A DNA stretch of 64,000 nt from Dendrobates tinctorius (taxonomy: Eukaryota), in the NCBI RefSeq assembly GCF_039654945.1, contig NW_027361850.1, positions 9,114,001-9,178,000 of the forward strand, given 5' to 3'. The translations under genes and the position numbers were made by a program. Below the pieces are notes generated by a model, which was not told the DNA's origin, did not search any database, and saw nothing but the letters and a program-made list of their open reading frames with translations. The first letter of the stretch is position 1, and each line of letters starts with the position of its first letter. Of this stretch, positions 47,813 through 61,044 are shown piece by piece.

Positions 47813-50015
47813 ACATAAGTAATTACATCGACTCCTACTGAAAGAAACTATGATGTGGGTAATTAGGAATTGCTTGCTGTGAAGTTGGCTTTTGAAGAGT
47901 GGTGGCATCTTTTGGAGGGAGCCATTCAGACAGTCACCGTGGTGACAGATCACAAAAATCTAGCTTATACTGAATCTGCCAAGTGGATGACAGCTAGACA
48001 GGTCCAATAGTCTTTATTTTTTTCATGATTTAATTTTTCTATTACTTTCAGACCATGGTCTAAGAACGTGAGGGTGGATGCCCTGTCTCATAGTCTTGAT
48101 TCTGTGTCTCCTCCAGAACATCCTTCCTTCATTCTTCCTCAGTGTATTGTTGTGGTCATGGTTTCCTCGGAGCTGGAAACTGAAATCCGTACTGCTCAGT
48201 CCTTGGCTACTCCCAATAACCCTGAATGCAAGATGTTTGTCCCTGGGTATCTTCTGCAAGAATTCCATGATTCTGTGTTGAGTGATCATCCTGGGGTCAC
48301 TGCCACCCAGAAGGCAGGTGCCAGACTCTTTTGGTGGTCCGCTATGCATAAGGATATTAGAGATTTTGTGTCTGCTTGTGAAACGTGTGCACGCGCAAAA
48401 GTTCAGCATTGCCGGCCAGCAGGGGGATTGGCTCCTTTGCCAATTTTGGAATGACCATGGACTCATTTGTCCATGGATTTCATTTTAGACAGAAAAAGAA
48501 ATTCGGCATTCCAAAATACAGAAAAAATAGTTTTGTTTTATTCACAGCTTAATAATCCACACGGAGTACATTCTATTTGTTCCGTTTTAGTCACTATCAT
48601 GGACCTTCTTCAGACAATGGCAAAACCTGTTAATATTCCAAAAACATGACACGACACTGTAAGTTCAGAATAGCGTGTAGCAACGTAGGCAAGCTGCTCA
48701 TGTGGAGCTGTGAGGAGAGCAGGAGGAGGAACAAAGTGCTGACAGAGATATGCTGTATTGCTATGGTGCAGTGCATGTTTTTGGAATATTAACAGGTTTT
48801 GCCATTGTCTGAAGAAGGTCCATGATAGTGACCAAAACGTAACAAATAGAATGTACACCGTGTGGATTATTAAGCTGCGAATAAAACTAAACTATTTTTT
48901 CTGCATTTGGGAGTGCCGGATTTCTTTTTCTGTATTGAATTGGGACTGGTATCCTTTTCTGCGCACCCCACATCTGAATTCTCGGAGTAACATGTCTTTT
49001 TTGTCATATTGGATTTCATTTTAGGCTGTTGACTGGGTGAATGACTGCTATTTGGGTGGTAGTCGATCGCTTCAGCAAACAAGCTCACTTCGTCCCATTA
49101 TCTGGGTTACCCAATGCTGAAACTCTCTCCAAACTGTTTATTAGTCATGTGGTACATTTGCATGGGATTCCTCTAAATATTATATCGGATAGGGGTGTAC
49201 AATTTTTCTCTAGATTTTGTATGGCTTTCTGCAAAAGATTGGGGATTGATTTGTCCTTCTCCTCTGCTTATCACCCTGAAACTAATGGTCAGACAGAGAG
49301 GACAAATTAGTCTTTGGAGCAAATCTTAAGATGTTTTGCCACTGATCAGCAGGAAAATTGGTCATCATTTCTTCCTCTGACTGAGTTTGCCTTCAACTGT
49401 TGGGTTAATCAGTCCATGCGGACCTCGCCGTTTTTCGGTAATTATGGGTTTTATCCTCATTTTGGTTAGTTCTCCAGGATAAGTTCTGGGTGTCCTGGGG
49501 TGGATGTCACCATTCAAGAGCTGGGGGATGTCTGGAGGTGGGTTAAAAATAACATTGGGGTGGCTCAGCATCAGCAGAAGGCCGATAGGAGGCACTCATC
49601 AGGGGTCGCCTTCAAAGTGAGAGATAAGTTCCAAGACTATTAGATTGAAGTTGCCCTTGCTGAAGTTGGATCCTAGATTCATAGGTTCGTATGAAATTCT
49701 GGAAGTGGTCAATCCAGTTGCTTTCCGGTTAAAGATCCCTCAGTCTTTCTGTATTCCTAATGTGTTCCACAAGTCGTTGTTGAAGGAATTTATTCCCTCT
49801 GTTCCGTCTTCCTTGCCCCTGCCTCCTCCAGTGTCTATTGAGGGAAGCTTGGAATATGAGGTAAAAAGGATCATTGATTCCCGAATGGTCTGAAATTCCC
49901 TTCAATATCTGGTACATTGGAAGGGGTATGGACCTGAGGAAAGGACCTGGGTTCCAGCTCATTCTGTAAGGGCTGATTCGTTGGTCCAGACCTTTCATCA
50001 GAGATTCCCTGGGAA
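47813..50015 (+). pseudogene. Degraded Gypsy pol fragment (F): RNase H, integrase, chromodomain
   Basis: [62 protein letters not shown]; many stops. Confidence 0.9.
48489..49009 (+). mobile_element. PLE pseudo-LTR-type insert with inverted 5' arm and a hammerhead-like motif in each arm
   Basis: 15-bp TSD TGGATTTCATTTTAG (48474-48488, 49010-49024); arms 48490-48648 and 48773-48932 inverted; TTGT-CTGAAGA-GGTC..GACC-AAAA-CGTA-ACAA. Confidence 0.8.
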
Positions 50016-50061
50016 TCACAATCTCCACTCTGTTTCTGTCTGATATATTACTTTGTGTAGA

Positions 50062-53060
50062 TGTAGGGGGTGCACTGACCTATGGACCTGTCTGATAAAG
50101 AGGAAAATGTAAAAAGATGATCTATACAATGCTTTATTCTGACTTGTATGTATATGTGGGGGATGACAGCTAGAATTAGCGAAAGATAGTGTAGTACCGG
50201 GTTTTGGCCACAAGATGGGGACATAGAATAGTGAGAAACGGACTCAATAGCAAGCCTTAGACTAGGGAAACTGCATAGTCATGGTGGGCAGAGTTATGGG
50301 ACTGGGAAGGGGATTTCCAGAAGGAGGAGATATAAAGAAGGAGAGTCCCAGGGGCAGGGCAGACACCCAGGAGGAGGAAAGAAGCAAGAAGAGCTCAGGT
50401 GAGGACAGAGAAAGAAAGAGCTCAGGAAAGATAGACGAGAGAGAGAGACGGTCATTCAGAGGGGGGTGGTGACCCTGAGAGGACAGCTGCAGGACAGGAT
50501 GGCAGTGACTAACGGAGGCCTGGGGTACCGGACGACTGGACACCAAAGAGTGAGTAAGTGTTACAGCCGTTAGACTCAGCCAGGGGGAAGCGTTGTGGCC
50601 ATGGGCGTTACGGCAGCCACGGTGAAGGAACCCGGAGGGGATTTGCCAATAGGAACAGCAGGAGGTGACGGGTACCCGGACCTAGGGGCAGAAGCTGTCA
50701 TGTATGCCGTGGATGCCAGGAGGACACCCAATAAAGTTTGGACTTGGTTGAACAAGCTCCTGTGTCTGTCTTCAGTCCGTCTCGTGGTCGAAAGGGTCCA
50801 CCCCCCACTCGTCATACGTACTACAAAGCGGCATAGTCGGCAGGATCATCACCGCCCAATACACCAACGTCGGTGGTGAGACAGCGCCAAAGACTTAAAG
50901 GACCTGAGCTGAACGGGATGAAGATTTGCTAGAGTGGATTACAATCTGTGACTGTGATTGGGATTGCCGGATTTGACTACAAAAAAAAAAAAAAAAGAGG
51001 AATCCAGAAAGAGACTTTGTGTTAGGAGTGGCGGAAGACACTAAATAATAAATAAAGTGCCTTTGCCACCCGGGGTCCACCGTGCAGTGGATGGAAAACC
51101 CGCTGCTAGAGAGGCAGAGCACAAGGCAGTAATGTGCATAAAGGTTAGACGGCACCCAGTGCACAAAAGCAAGCTCTGTTATACTCATAGAGCTGCAGGC
51201 AAATAAGCTCAAATTAAACGCTGAGTCTGTTCAGAGTCACAGACACACAGCAATACAGTCGCAGTATTCGCGGTCACAGGAGTAGCCTTAAACAGCAGGA
51301 CTACTCCGTCTAGACCTACCATCAAATAAGGTGCGAAGCGTCGCAACCGCGGACGCAGAGAAAGCTGCAACTGCAGCGCGGCAAGAACTGAGCCGCTGGC
51401 AAGACGCTGCAATAGCGCTGGCGCAATGCAGACGCTAAGCTGCTGAGCAAGATGGAGCATATGCGCGCTGGCGCTATCGCTGCTACTGGCTGAACCCAAA
51501 CACTCACACAATCGTATTATCAGAGGGAAGGGGTTTCTTAATAAGTCAGTCACCAGTCCAAGCGTCCATCACCATACTTACAGCAGCCAGTATGAAATGC
51601 ATGCTTTTTATACCAAACAGGACCTTCCAGAAGTCTCCAAGGCTCCAGGAGGAGCCAATAGGATTAGACACAGGACCTGAGCATGTGACTCCCGAACTCC
51701 AATGGGAGCTCGTCCCATGAGCATGCTCAGTGGAGGGAACAGAGGACTTAGCCTCTGGAAAGAGTTGCCGCAAGGCACTCTCCTCTGCAATCTCCTCTAC
51801 CGCAGATGAAACACAGGAGACTGCAGCATGTAAGGGTCTAGATTTCATCATAGGGAAGGAAGAAATCAGACTCCTAACACTTTGCGCACCACCAGAGATG
51901 GCGACTGTCGGGAAGGAGGAGGTTGGCGCTAAATTGGATTACCAGGGACAGCTAAGCTGAGCCCGCCCCTGGGGGGAGAGGTGCACATTGAGTGACAATC
52001 ACCCCACTGGGAAAGCTGGGTGCTGCTGCAGGAAAGCTGGGCACCCTCCCATGTTAAAAGACTACAGCGAGAGCTGGGAGTCGTTACAAAAGCAGCAAGC
52101 TCTCACCCGTCCTGAAGACCTGCCACAGATGGAGTCCTCGACATCTGAGCCTGAAGCCTTGGAGCTGGATCACCTAGCGGAGGTGCGCCCACACTCTCCA
52201 CCGTTCACGCCGGAGTCGGAGACAGCGCGGGAAGTGGGACTGCTCTTCAGCCATTGGAGCAGCCGTCGCTGACGTGTCCTGTGGAGCCATCGGGTTTGGA
52301 GGCCGGTCCTGCCGGATGGCAGGATGAAGAACAGCAGCGGACACCAGGCGACGGGACCAGAAGCAGCAGAGGAACGCCGGGGCCCTTCCCACGGGTGACG
52401 GTTGGCGACATCAAGCCCACCCAGCGGGAGGAGGCCGGCGGCATCGTGGAAACTCCTGTCGCTCGGGTGCCCGAGTCCCCAGAGGAGCAGTGGAGTAGCT
52501 GGAAGGAAGCCGCGGCGCCAGAGGTGAGCGTCTCCCCGCCCTGGCCGGCAGCACCGCCGGCAGCCCCCGCTTCCCTGCCTCATCCGGACGCTAGGCCCAA
52601 AATCCCCGATAGTGATTTCCAGTCTCCCCGCCTGGCCTCCCGTATGCAGCATTACCGTAAGGAGCTGAGGGCTGGACGGAGCGGGGCCGCGACATCAGAG
52701 GGGGTGAGTGCATCCTTACACCGGCTGGTAACGGACCACATAGCCTCAACGCTGTCCCACTGCAGGGACACGAGGCCCAAGCTCTGCATCACCGGGCTCC
52801 CGCTCGGCGTCCCCTGAAACCGCCATGCCCTCCGGAGAAGATGTCGGTCCCCATGCAGAGGCAGCTGAGGACGCCTCTGCCCTTTTCTTCCCCTCGGTTT
52901 GAGGGCTCTATGGTCCTAAGGTCAGGTCCTAGGTGGAAAAGTACCTGGAACGGAAGAAAAGGGAAGGCGGTGGGTGACCTGGTAGGCCAGGGCCCCGGTC
53001 ATCCAGCCCCTAGAGTGGAACGCAATTCTGGAAAGTGAGAACAGTGGGGGAGATCACCAG
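50062..53060 (+). mobile_element. LTR element G: 5' LTR 50062-50825, tRNA-Ser-type PBS, unassigned internal region
   Basis: TGTAG..CTACA termini, AATAAA at 50730, GCGGCATAGTCGGCAGGAT immediately downstream resembles the complement of the tRNA-Ser 3' end; extent of the internal region is uncertain. Confidence 0.65.
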
Positions 53061-53415
53061 TTACGGCCTGTTCCACACTTCAGTTTTTTTAAATCAGTCA
53101 AAATCCGCCAAAAAGTAAAAATGGCGGATCCGCTAAAAATGTGTAAAAACGGATGCCAGCTGAAGGTACGGATCGTTTTTTTTACGGATCCGTTATACGG
53201 ATTTTTGTACGGATCCGTCAAAAAACGGATCCCTTCCATCCGTTTTTCACATCCGTTGGATCCGTTTTTCCACACCTCCAAAATGGGATGCTCCCAAATA
53301 TGATTGGCTCTTGGAGAATGCTCCCAAATGTGATTGGATACTGGAAACTAGGGAAAACTATTTCTATGGTGTAGCAATTCAATTTCTTTGAAAGGTTTTA
53401 GAGCTAGTGGCAGCG

Positions 53416-55270
53416 ATGGAAGGAGTTAGTGCGAGTATGGAAGGAGTTATTGCGAGTATTGAAAGCTTCTGTGTGGAATTTGATCTTCACTGCAATCAGT
53501 TGGCAATTATTGCTCTCCAGAGGGAGAACAGAAGACTGTGACTCCTGCGTCTGAGGAGACGGCGCCAGTGGATCATCCCATTAATGCGCAGAGGTTTACC
53601 CGTGGCGGTTTTTCCACACTATACCTGGAATTGAAGGATAATCCTGAAAAGTTCTTCAACTATGTGCGCATGAGGCAGGAATTGTTCGAGATATTGGTGG
53701 AGCATGTTGGAGAACAAATCCGGAGAAGGGACAAACAAATGCGGTTTTCTATATCACCGGCGGAGCGTTTGATGGTGACCCTTCGGTAAGTTATCTACTT
53801 TTTAAAATCTTTCAGATTCTGCAAGCTTTTATTGTTATGTTATGGCTTGTAGTTTGTATTAGGCCGGTTTCACACTAGCGCATTTTCAGCGCGCGCACGG
53901 CCGGGGGTAGCTCCGCCCCCGATCCGGCTCTCTGCCCGGCGTGCCCGCCCCTTCCTTGTAGCGCCGCCTCCTAGCGGACAGCGGCGCCTGCGATCGGCGC
54001 ACCCTATCTTTAGCATAGGGTGCGCCGATCGTGCGCAGGCTGTGCGCTAGTTGCGCTTTGACCTGCGCTGCGCACTTTTGACGGTGCGCCGTGCGCGCCA
54101 AAATCCGAAAAGTTTGATTTTGGCGCGCACGGCGCACCGTCAAAAGTGCGCAGCGCAGGTCAAAGCGCAACTAGCGCACGGCCTGCGCACGATCGGCGCA
54201 CCCTATGCTAAAGATAGGGTGCGCCGATCGCAGGCGCCGCTGTCCGCTAGGAGGCGGCGCTACAAGGAAGGGGCGGGCACGCCGGGCAGAGAGCCGGCTC
54301 GGGGGCGGAGCTACCCCCGGCCGTGCGCGCGCTGAAAATGCGCTAGTGTGAAACCGGCCTGAATTTTACTTTTTTCCCTTTTTTTAACAGATTCCTGGCA
54401 ACTGGAGAATCATTCACCTCCCTCCATTTCCAGTTCCGGATTGGGATTTCAACTATTTCTGGAATTATCCAACAGACCTGCCGGGCATTGTGGGATTGTC
54501 TACAGGAGGAATACATCCCACAGCCAACACAGGAGAGGTGGCTGGAGATTGCCGACAAGTTTCAACAAATCTGCCAGTTTCCAAATTGCATTGGTGCCGT
54601 GGATGGCAAGCATATTCGGATTGTGAAGCCCATTGGATCTGGTTCACAGTTTTACAACTATAAGAAATACTTTTCTATTGTCCTTATGGCCATTTCGGAC
54701 GCAAACTGCAAATTCATTGCCGTGGACATTGGTGCATACGGTCGTTCAAAGGACTCTCAGGTCTTCAAGATGTCCACCATGGGCCGTCGTTTGTATGGAG
54801 ACAACTTTGAGTTCCCACCTCCAAGACCACTCCCTGGAACAACAGGCCCACCAATGCCTTTTGTGTGCGTTGGTGACGACGCTTTTCAACTTTCTAAACA
54901 CCTACTCAAGCCATATGGTAGTCGTGGACTGACACACCGGAAAAAAATATATAACTATCGATTGACCAGAGCGCGCAGAGTGGTGGAGTGCGCGTTTGGA
55001 ATTTTAACTGCCAAATGGAGAGTCCTGTTAACGGCCATTAAAATGAAAACAGAGACTGTGGATGAGGTGGTGAAGGCCTGTGTCATCTTGCACAACTTTG
55101 TCCTTTCAAAGGAACCTGTTTCCATATAAGAAAATCTGTCTGAAACCACCTTGTGGGATTATCAGCAGCAAACTTTTCGGAGTATGGGGTCAGTGGCAAG
55201 AATGAGGGACACCTTTGCAGACTATTTTCTGACACCAGAGGGACAACTGGACTGGCAAGATGACATGGTA
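53416..55270 (+). pseudogene. Harbinger DDE transposase, two exons (intron 53786-54390), premature stops
   Basis: FFNYVRM, SPAERLMVTLR|FLATG spliced in frame (GTAAGT..TTAACAG), GAVDGKH, VGDDAF, RRVVECAFG, ACVILHNF; stops near 53540 and at 55127. Confidence 0.93.
53862..54359. mobile_element. Near-perfect 498-bp palindromic Harbinger MITE in the transposase intron
   Basis: TIR GGCCGGTTTCACACTAGCGC extended over ~245-bp arms; flanks TTA / TGA. Confidence 0.92.
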
Positions 55271-55294
55271 TTTTTTTTTTTTTTTTTAATATAC

Positions 55295-55600
55295 CAATTG
55301 TGGGTTCTAAGTGTTGTGTTACCAAGTGTGTTTTTTTTTTTTTTTTTTAACTTTTACACTTTGAAATGTTACCAAGTGTTGGGTATAGCATTGTGTTACC
55401 AAGTGTTGGTTTTTTTTCAAATTTTACACTGTGAAATGATACCAAGTGTTGGGTTTTACCAAGCATTGTGTTACCACGTGTTTTGTTTTACCAAATGTTG
55501 TTTTTTTTTTACCTTGTACACCACCGGTGTACTGTGAAATGTTACCAAGTGTTGTGTTGTGTTTTGTTTACCTTTTACACCACCGGTTTACTTTGAACCT
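55295..55600. repeat. Degenerate TGTTACCAAGTGTT repeats in the Harbinger intergenic spacer
   Basis: Direct inspection. Confidence 0.7.
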
Positions 55601-55787
55601 TTCCCAAGAAATGAACAAAAAAGAAACTACACAATAAAGTTCTTTGGAAAAAAAAAACATTGTTTATTAGTGATTTTTTCCAAATTTTTTTTTTGAAAGT
55701 TTTTTTTGGTATATATTTACCTTTTTTTGGTAAAATTTTGTATAACATTTTTGTTTTCTTGGGAAAAATTTTGTAAAACTTTTTTTT

Positions 55788-55843
<56 letters not shown>

Positions 55844-55949
55844 GAAAACAGCAAAATTAATAACATTACATTACATATGATGATACTGTTGGGTGGAGAT
55901 AGTATCGGAGGGGTTAACAGGGTTGACCACATCGAGGGGGGTGGAGGAC

Positions 55950-57862
55950 TGGGAAGGGAGTTGGTGAGGATCAGAAGTGGAAGGGGGGTTGAAAACGTGG
56001 TTGGGACGGGAGTGGATGGACAGACGAGGTTTGTGGGTACATTGAAGGTGTATGTGGGGGTGGGTATGGTGAGGGCATTGGGGTATAATGAAATGGGGAA
56101 GGAAGGTACTGGGAAGAATGGAATGGGGAACTAGGGAAAGGAGAGGGAGTGGTAGGAGGAGGGATGGTTGTATGATGGATGTTGGGGAAAGGATGGACAG
56201 AGGGAGGATGGACAGAGGGAGGATGGACAGAGGGAGGTTGGGATGCTTCGGACAATACTTCCACTAGAGCATTGTGACAGGCTTGCATCACACGCATCTG
56301 TTGGTGAGTACTTAAACCTTCCATTTGCCGGACAACAGATTGAAAAAAAATATGTCTCGGCGTCTGGTTTGATTCTAAATTCATCTGTTCCATGTATCTT
56401 CTGAGTTCCATGATACGTTGATTGATCATGGTCAACCCAGAAGATAACCGTTGTCCATAAGTCTGGAAACCATGCTGGACAGATGAGTTTAGACTCAAAC
56501 AGTCAGACAAGGTCATCCTTTCCTGACTCCTCAGACGCTGCCGGCCAGAACCAAAACTTGGTCAAGATGTTGCGGCAGTGTCTGAGGGGTGAGGAACAGG
56601 GTACAAGTCGTCACCAGCAGCTTCATGTGATGAAGTCTGCCCTGCTTCTCCAGTGCTGGTGGAGGGGATAGAGGGACGAGACAAGAGGGAAGGTAGAGAG
56701 GGGTCGGATACCTTGATGTGGTCACCGGGGGCGGTCTCACAAGGGATCACTCCAGAGGGAGGTAACTCTGATGCAGGCTCCCGAGTGCTGCAGATGGTGC
56801 TAAAAAAGAGAAAAAAAAAATATATTAAAGATATTGATATTTAATTTAACTGTGCTGAAAAAAAAAATTGGTTAAACGTAAACATTTGTACTACAGAAAT
56901 GGTTTGTGGAATATTTACCTTCTGGACACCATAGTCGACCGGAGGAACGCCAGGGCTCTGAAGTTTTTATACTGGGTTCCCCGGCGTCCTCCCGATCCAC
57001 TCAGGGCCTGCATCTCCTTGTTGAAGTCCCTCTTGAAGCGATCCCTGAGCGACCGCCACCGTGTGATAACCCTGTCACCTGTGAAGAAAAAAAAAAAAAA
57101 AGTGTTTTAGTATTCAACACTTCACATGCTGGAATATAAGTTACTGAAATTGTAATACTTAAGCACTAAATCCCTGGCCCTCGCATTGAGCTCCTCCCAG
57201 TTGTCTACAACCTCTGAACACACCTCCTCCCAGAGACGTCGGGTGGTCGGTCGGTCGGCATGGAAACGGTTTCCCATGTTCCACAGCGGCTCCCGTGTTT
57301 CAACCTCATGGATGAGTTTGTCCGTGTCTATTAGGAAATCCTCCTCAACTGGTCTCCGGGGAGCACGCTGTGAAACCTGTGAAGAAAAAAAATACCAAAA
57401 AAAAAAAAATTACATTCAATTCAAACACATGATTTTCATTACTCAATTATCCAAATAGGGTTACTTACCGTTTGCCGACCACCAGAGGCATCACCTCGAC
57501 GACCCTGGGATGTTCTGGGAGTCGCTCTAGTGCGGGCACCAGATTGGGAAGACTGTAAAAAGAAAAAAAAATAATTTTGGTTTGGATGGATGCGTAGTTA
57601 TAGTGTGTGCGCTGTGATGAATGTTTGTGTTGGGTGTAGCATTATGTATGTGTGTATATGCTAAACTTACACTCTGCGCGCCTCCTCCTTGTGTCTCTCC
57701 ACCCTGCATGTCTCTTCCTGGAAGCTCCTCTGAATCAGCTTCCTGTCAAAACATAATACATGGATATAGGGTTTAAACCAAAATAAATAAGAGTTAAAAA
57801 AAAAAAAAAATTATTTACCTCAGCTCACTGATGATGTGAGGGGGAGCTTTCAGGAGAAGACA
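55950..57862 (-). pseudogene. Harbinger accessory Myb/SANT-like (MADF) protein with BESS-like C-terminus, multi-exon
   Basis: Minus-strand exons read LIHEVETREPLWN..RRLWEEVC, RVITRWRSLRDRFKR..LAFLR and FFQSVVRQMEGLS..MRVMQAC; GT-AG boundaries visible as TTACC / CTG+A-run on the plus strand. Confidence 0.85.
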
Positions 57863-60800
57863 TCACTGCGGTCTGGATTCCGGGTCTGCTGCGGTCCTTC
57901 CTGAAGTAACATAGTTATTAAGGTTGAAGGGAGACTTTAAGTCCATCTAGTTCAACCCATATCCTATCCTAACTTGCCCTAACATGTTAATCCAGAGGAA
58001 GGCAAAAAAAACCCATGTGGCAAACAGTAAGCTTCACACTGGGGAAAAAAATTCCTTCCCGACTCCACATACGGCAATCAGACTAGCTCCCTGGATCAAC
58101 GCAATATTAAGGAAACTAGGGTATATACCCTATGATATTATACTTTTCAAGAAAGACATCCAGTCCCTTCTTAAATTTTAGTAGGGAATCACTCATTACA
58201 ACATCATATGGCAGAGAGTTCCATAGTCTCACTGCTCTTACAGTAAAGAATCCGCGTCTGTGAGTATGCTTAAACCTTCTTTCCTCCAGACGTAGAGGAT
58301 GCCCCCTTGTCCCCGTCACAGGTCTAAGAGTAAAAAGATCATTAGAAAGGTCTTGGTATTGTCCCCGCATATATTTATACATTGTAATAAGATCACACCT
58401 AAGCCTTCGATTCTCCAAACTAAATAACCCCAAGTGTAATAACCTGTCTTGGTATTGCAGACCCCCTAGTTCCCTAATAACCTTGGTCACTCTTCTCTGC
58501 ACCCGCTCCAGTTCAGCTGTCTTTCTTATACACCGGAGACCAGAACTGTACACAGTATTCTAAGTGTGGTCGCACTAGTGACTTATATAGAGGTAAAATT
58601 ATGTTCTCCTCATGAACATCTATGCGTCTTTTAATGCATCCCATTATTTTATTTGCCTTTGCAGCAGCTGCCTGACACTGGCCGCTAAATGTGAGTTTGT
58701 CGTCCACCCATACACCCAGGTCTTTTTCAGTGACTGTTTTGCCTAGTGTTTTACAATTAAGCACATAATTATACATCTTGTTCTTTCTACCCAAGTGCAT
58801 GACCTTACATTTATCCCCATTAAAGCTAATTTGCCATTAATCAGCCCAAGCTTCTAGTTTACATAAATCCTCCTGTAATATAAAATTGTCCTCCTCTGTA
58901 TTGACTACCCTGCAGAGTTTAGTGTCATCTGCAAATATTGAAATACTACTCTCTATGCCCCCTACAAGGTCATTAATAAATATGTTAAAAAGAAGCAGGC
59001 CCAAAACTGACCCCTGTGGTACCCCACTGCTAACCGTGACCCAGTCCGAGTCTGCTCCATTAATAACCACCCTTTGTTTCCTATCCCTGAGCCAGCTCTT
59101 AACCCACCTACACATATTTTCCCCTATCTCCATTGTTCTCATTTTATGTATCAACCTTTTGTGTGGCACCGTATCAAAAGCTTTTGAAAAGTCCATGTAC
59201 ACCATGTCCACTGCATTCCCTTGGTCCAGTCCGGAGCTTACCTCTTCATAAAAGCTTATCAGATTAGTCTGACAGGAACGGTCCCTTGTAAACCCATGTT
59301 GATATTGGGTCATAAGGTTATTCTTCTCCAGATACTCCAGTATAGTATCTCTTAGAAAACCCTCCAGGATTTTACCCACAGTTGAGGTTAAACTTACTGG
59401 CCTATAATTTCCAAGCTCAGTTTTTGTCCCCTTTTTGAATATTGGCACCACATTTGCTATACGCCAGTCCTGTGGTACAGACCCTGCTATTATGGAATCT
59501 TTAAAGATTAAAAATAATGGTCTATCTATGACTCTGCTTAATTCCTGCAGTACTCGGGGGTGTATCCCATCCGGGCCCGGGGATTTGTCAATTTTAGTGA
59601 TTTTTAGACGCCGCCATACTTCCTGCTGGGTTAAGCAGGTGACATTTAACGGAGAATTTTTATCCCTGATCATGTTATCCGTCATGGGATTTTCTTGTGT
59701 AAATACTGTTGAAAAAAAGTCATTTAGCATATTGGCTTTTTCCTCATCCACCATTTCACCCAGACTATTTTTAAGGGGACCAACACTATCATTTTTTAGC
59801 TTCTTACTATTTATGTAGTTAAAGAATATTTTGGGATTATTTTTACTTTCTCTGGCAATGAGTCTCTCTGTCTCAATCTTTGCTGTCTTGATTTGCTTTT
59901 TACAGAATTTATTTAATCTTCTGTATTTAGTTAATGCCTCATCACTACCTACTTGCTTTAATTCTCTAAATGCTTTATTTTTATCTCTTATTGCGCCCCT
60001 TACAGCTCTATTTAGCCATAGTGGTTTCCTCCTATTTCTAGCATGTTTATTCACATATGGTATATATTGTGCACAGGTCCTATTCAGGATACTAATAAAC
60101 GTCTCCCATTTTCTTTGTGTATTTTTATGTCTCAGGATATCGTCCCAGTTAATTGCACCAAGATCATCTCTCATCCGTTGGAAATTTGCCTTCCTGAAGT
60201 GTCCTTGTAACCCCTCTACTACACATCTTATTAAAGGATACATGAAAACTTATTAATTTGTGATCACTATTACCCAAGTGACCCTCAACCCTTACATTTG
60301 ATATGCAGTCTGGCCTGTTGGTTAACATTAGGTCTAGCAGTGCCCCCCCTCTTGGTGGGTCCTGAACCAGTTGTGAAAGGTAATTGTCTCTCATAGTAGT
60401 CAAAAACCTATTACCTTTGCTGGAACTGCAGGTTTCGGTTCCCCAAAGTATTTCAGGGTAGTTGAAGTCCCCCATAATAATGACTTCTCCTTGAGTCGCA
60501 GCTTCATCTATTTGCTTGATGAGGATATTCTCTGTTGCTTCCATTATTTTTGGAGACTTATAGCAAACCCCTATCAGTAATTTATTATTTTTCCCCCCTC
60601 CCCTTATCTCTACCCACAGGGACTCTACATTTTCATTAGATTCATATATATTATCACGAACAGGGGCGTATCTAGGGGGGGGGCAACCGGGGCAGTTGCC
60701 CCGGGTGCAGCCGGCAGGGGGCGGGGCGCAGTCCGGGCCGCCTAATGCAGCGGTCCACAGTGTCCTCCCTGGCGGCTGTGTTCTGCCGCCCCCCTGGCCT

Positions 60801-61044
60801 GAGAGTCAGCTGTCAAGCTGACAGCTGGCGCAGAGAAGGTGCGCGTGCCGGCTCCCAGGGAACAATTGTACTGGCATCTGTATAGACGCCAGTACAATTG
60901 CAGCTCTGACCGCCGGGCCAGAGCGACGTCAGCAGCGTGACATGTCACGTGATCACGCTGCTGACATCACTCCCCGGCGCCCAGAGTGAACGCTCAGCGC
61001 TGGTGGTAAGTGTGCTCCAATGTGGAGCTGAAGAAACCACCGAA

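Noticed and set aside
53416-57862. Host HARBI1 / NAIF1-type genes
   Set aside because: A TIR, the convergent two-gene layout and premature stops indicate a decayed transposon.
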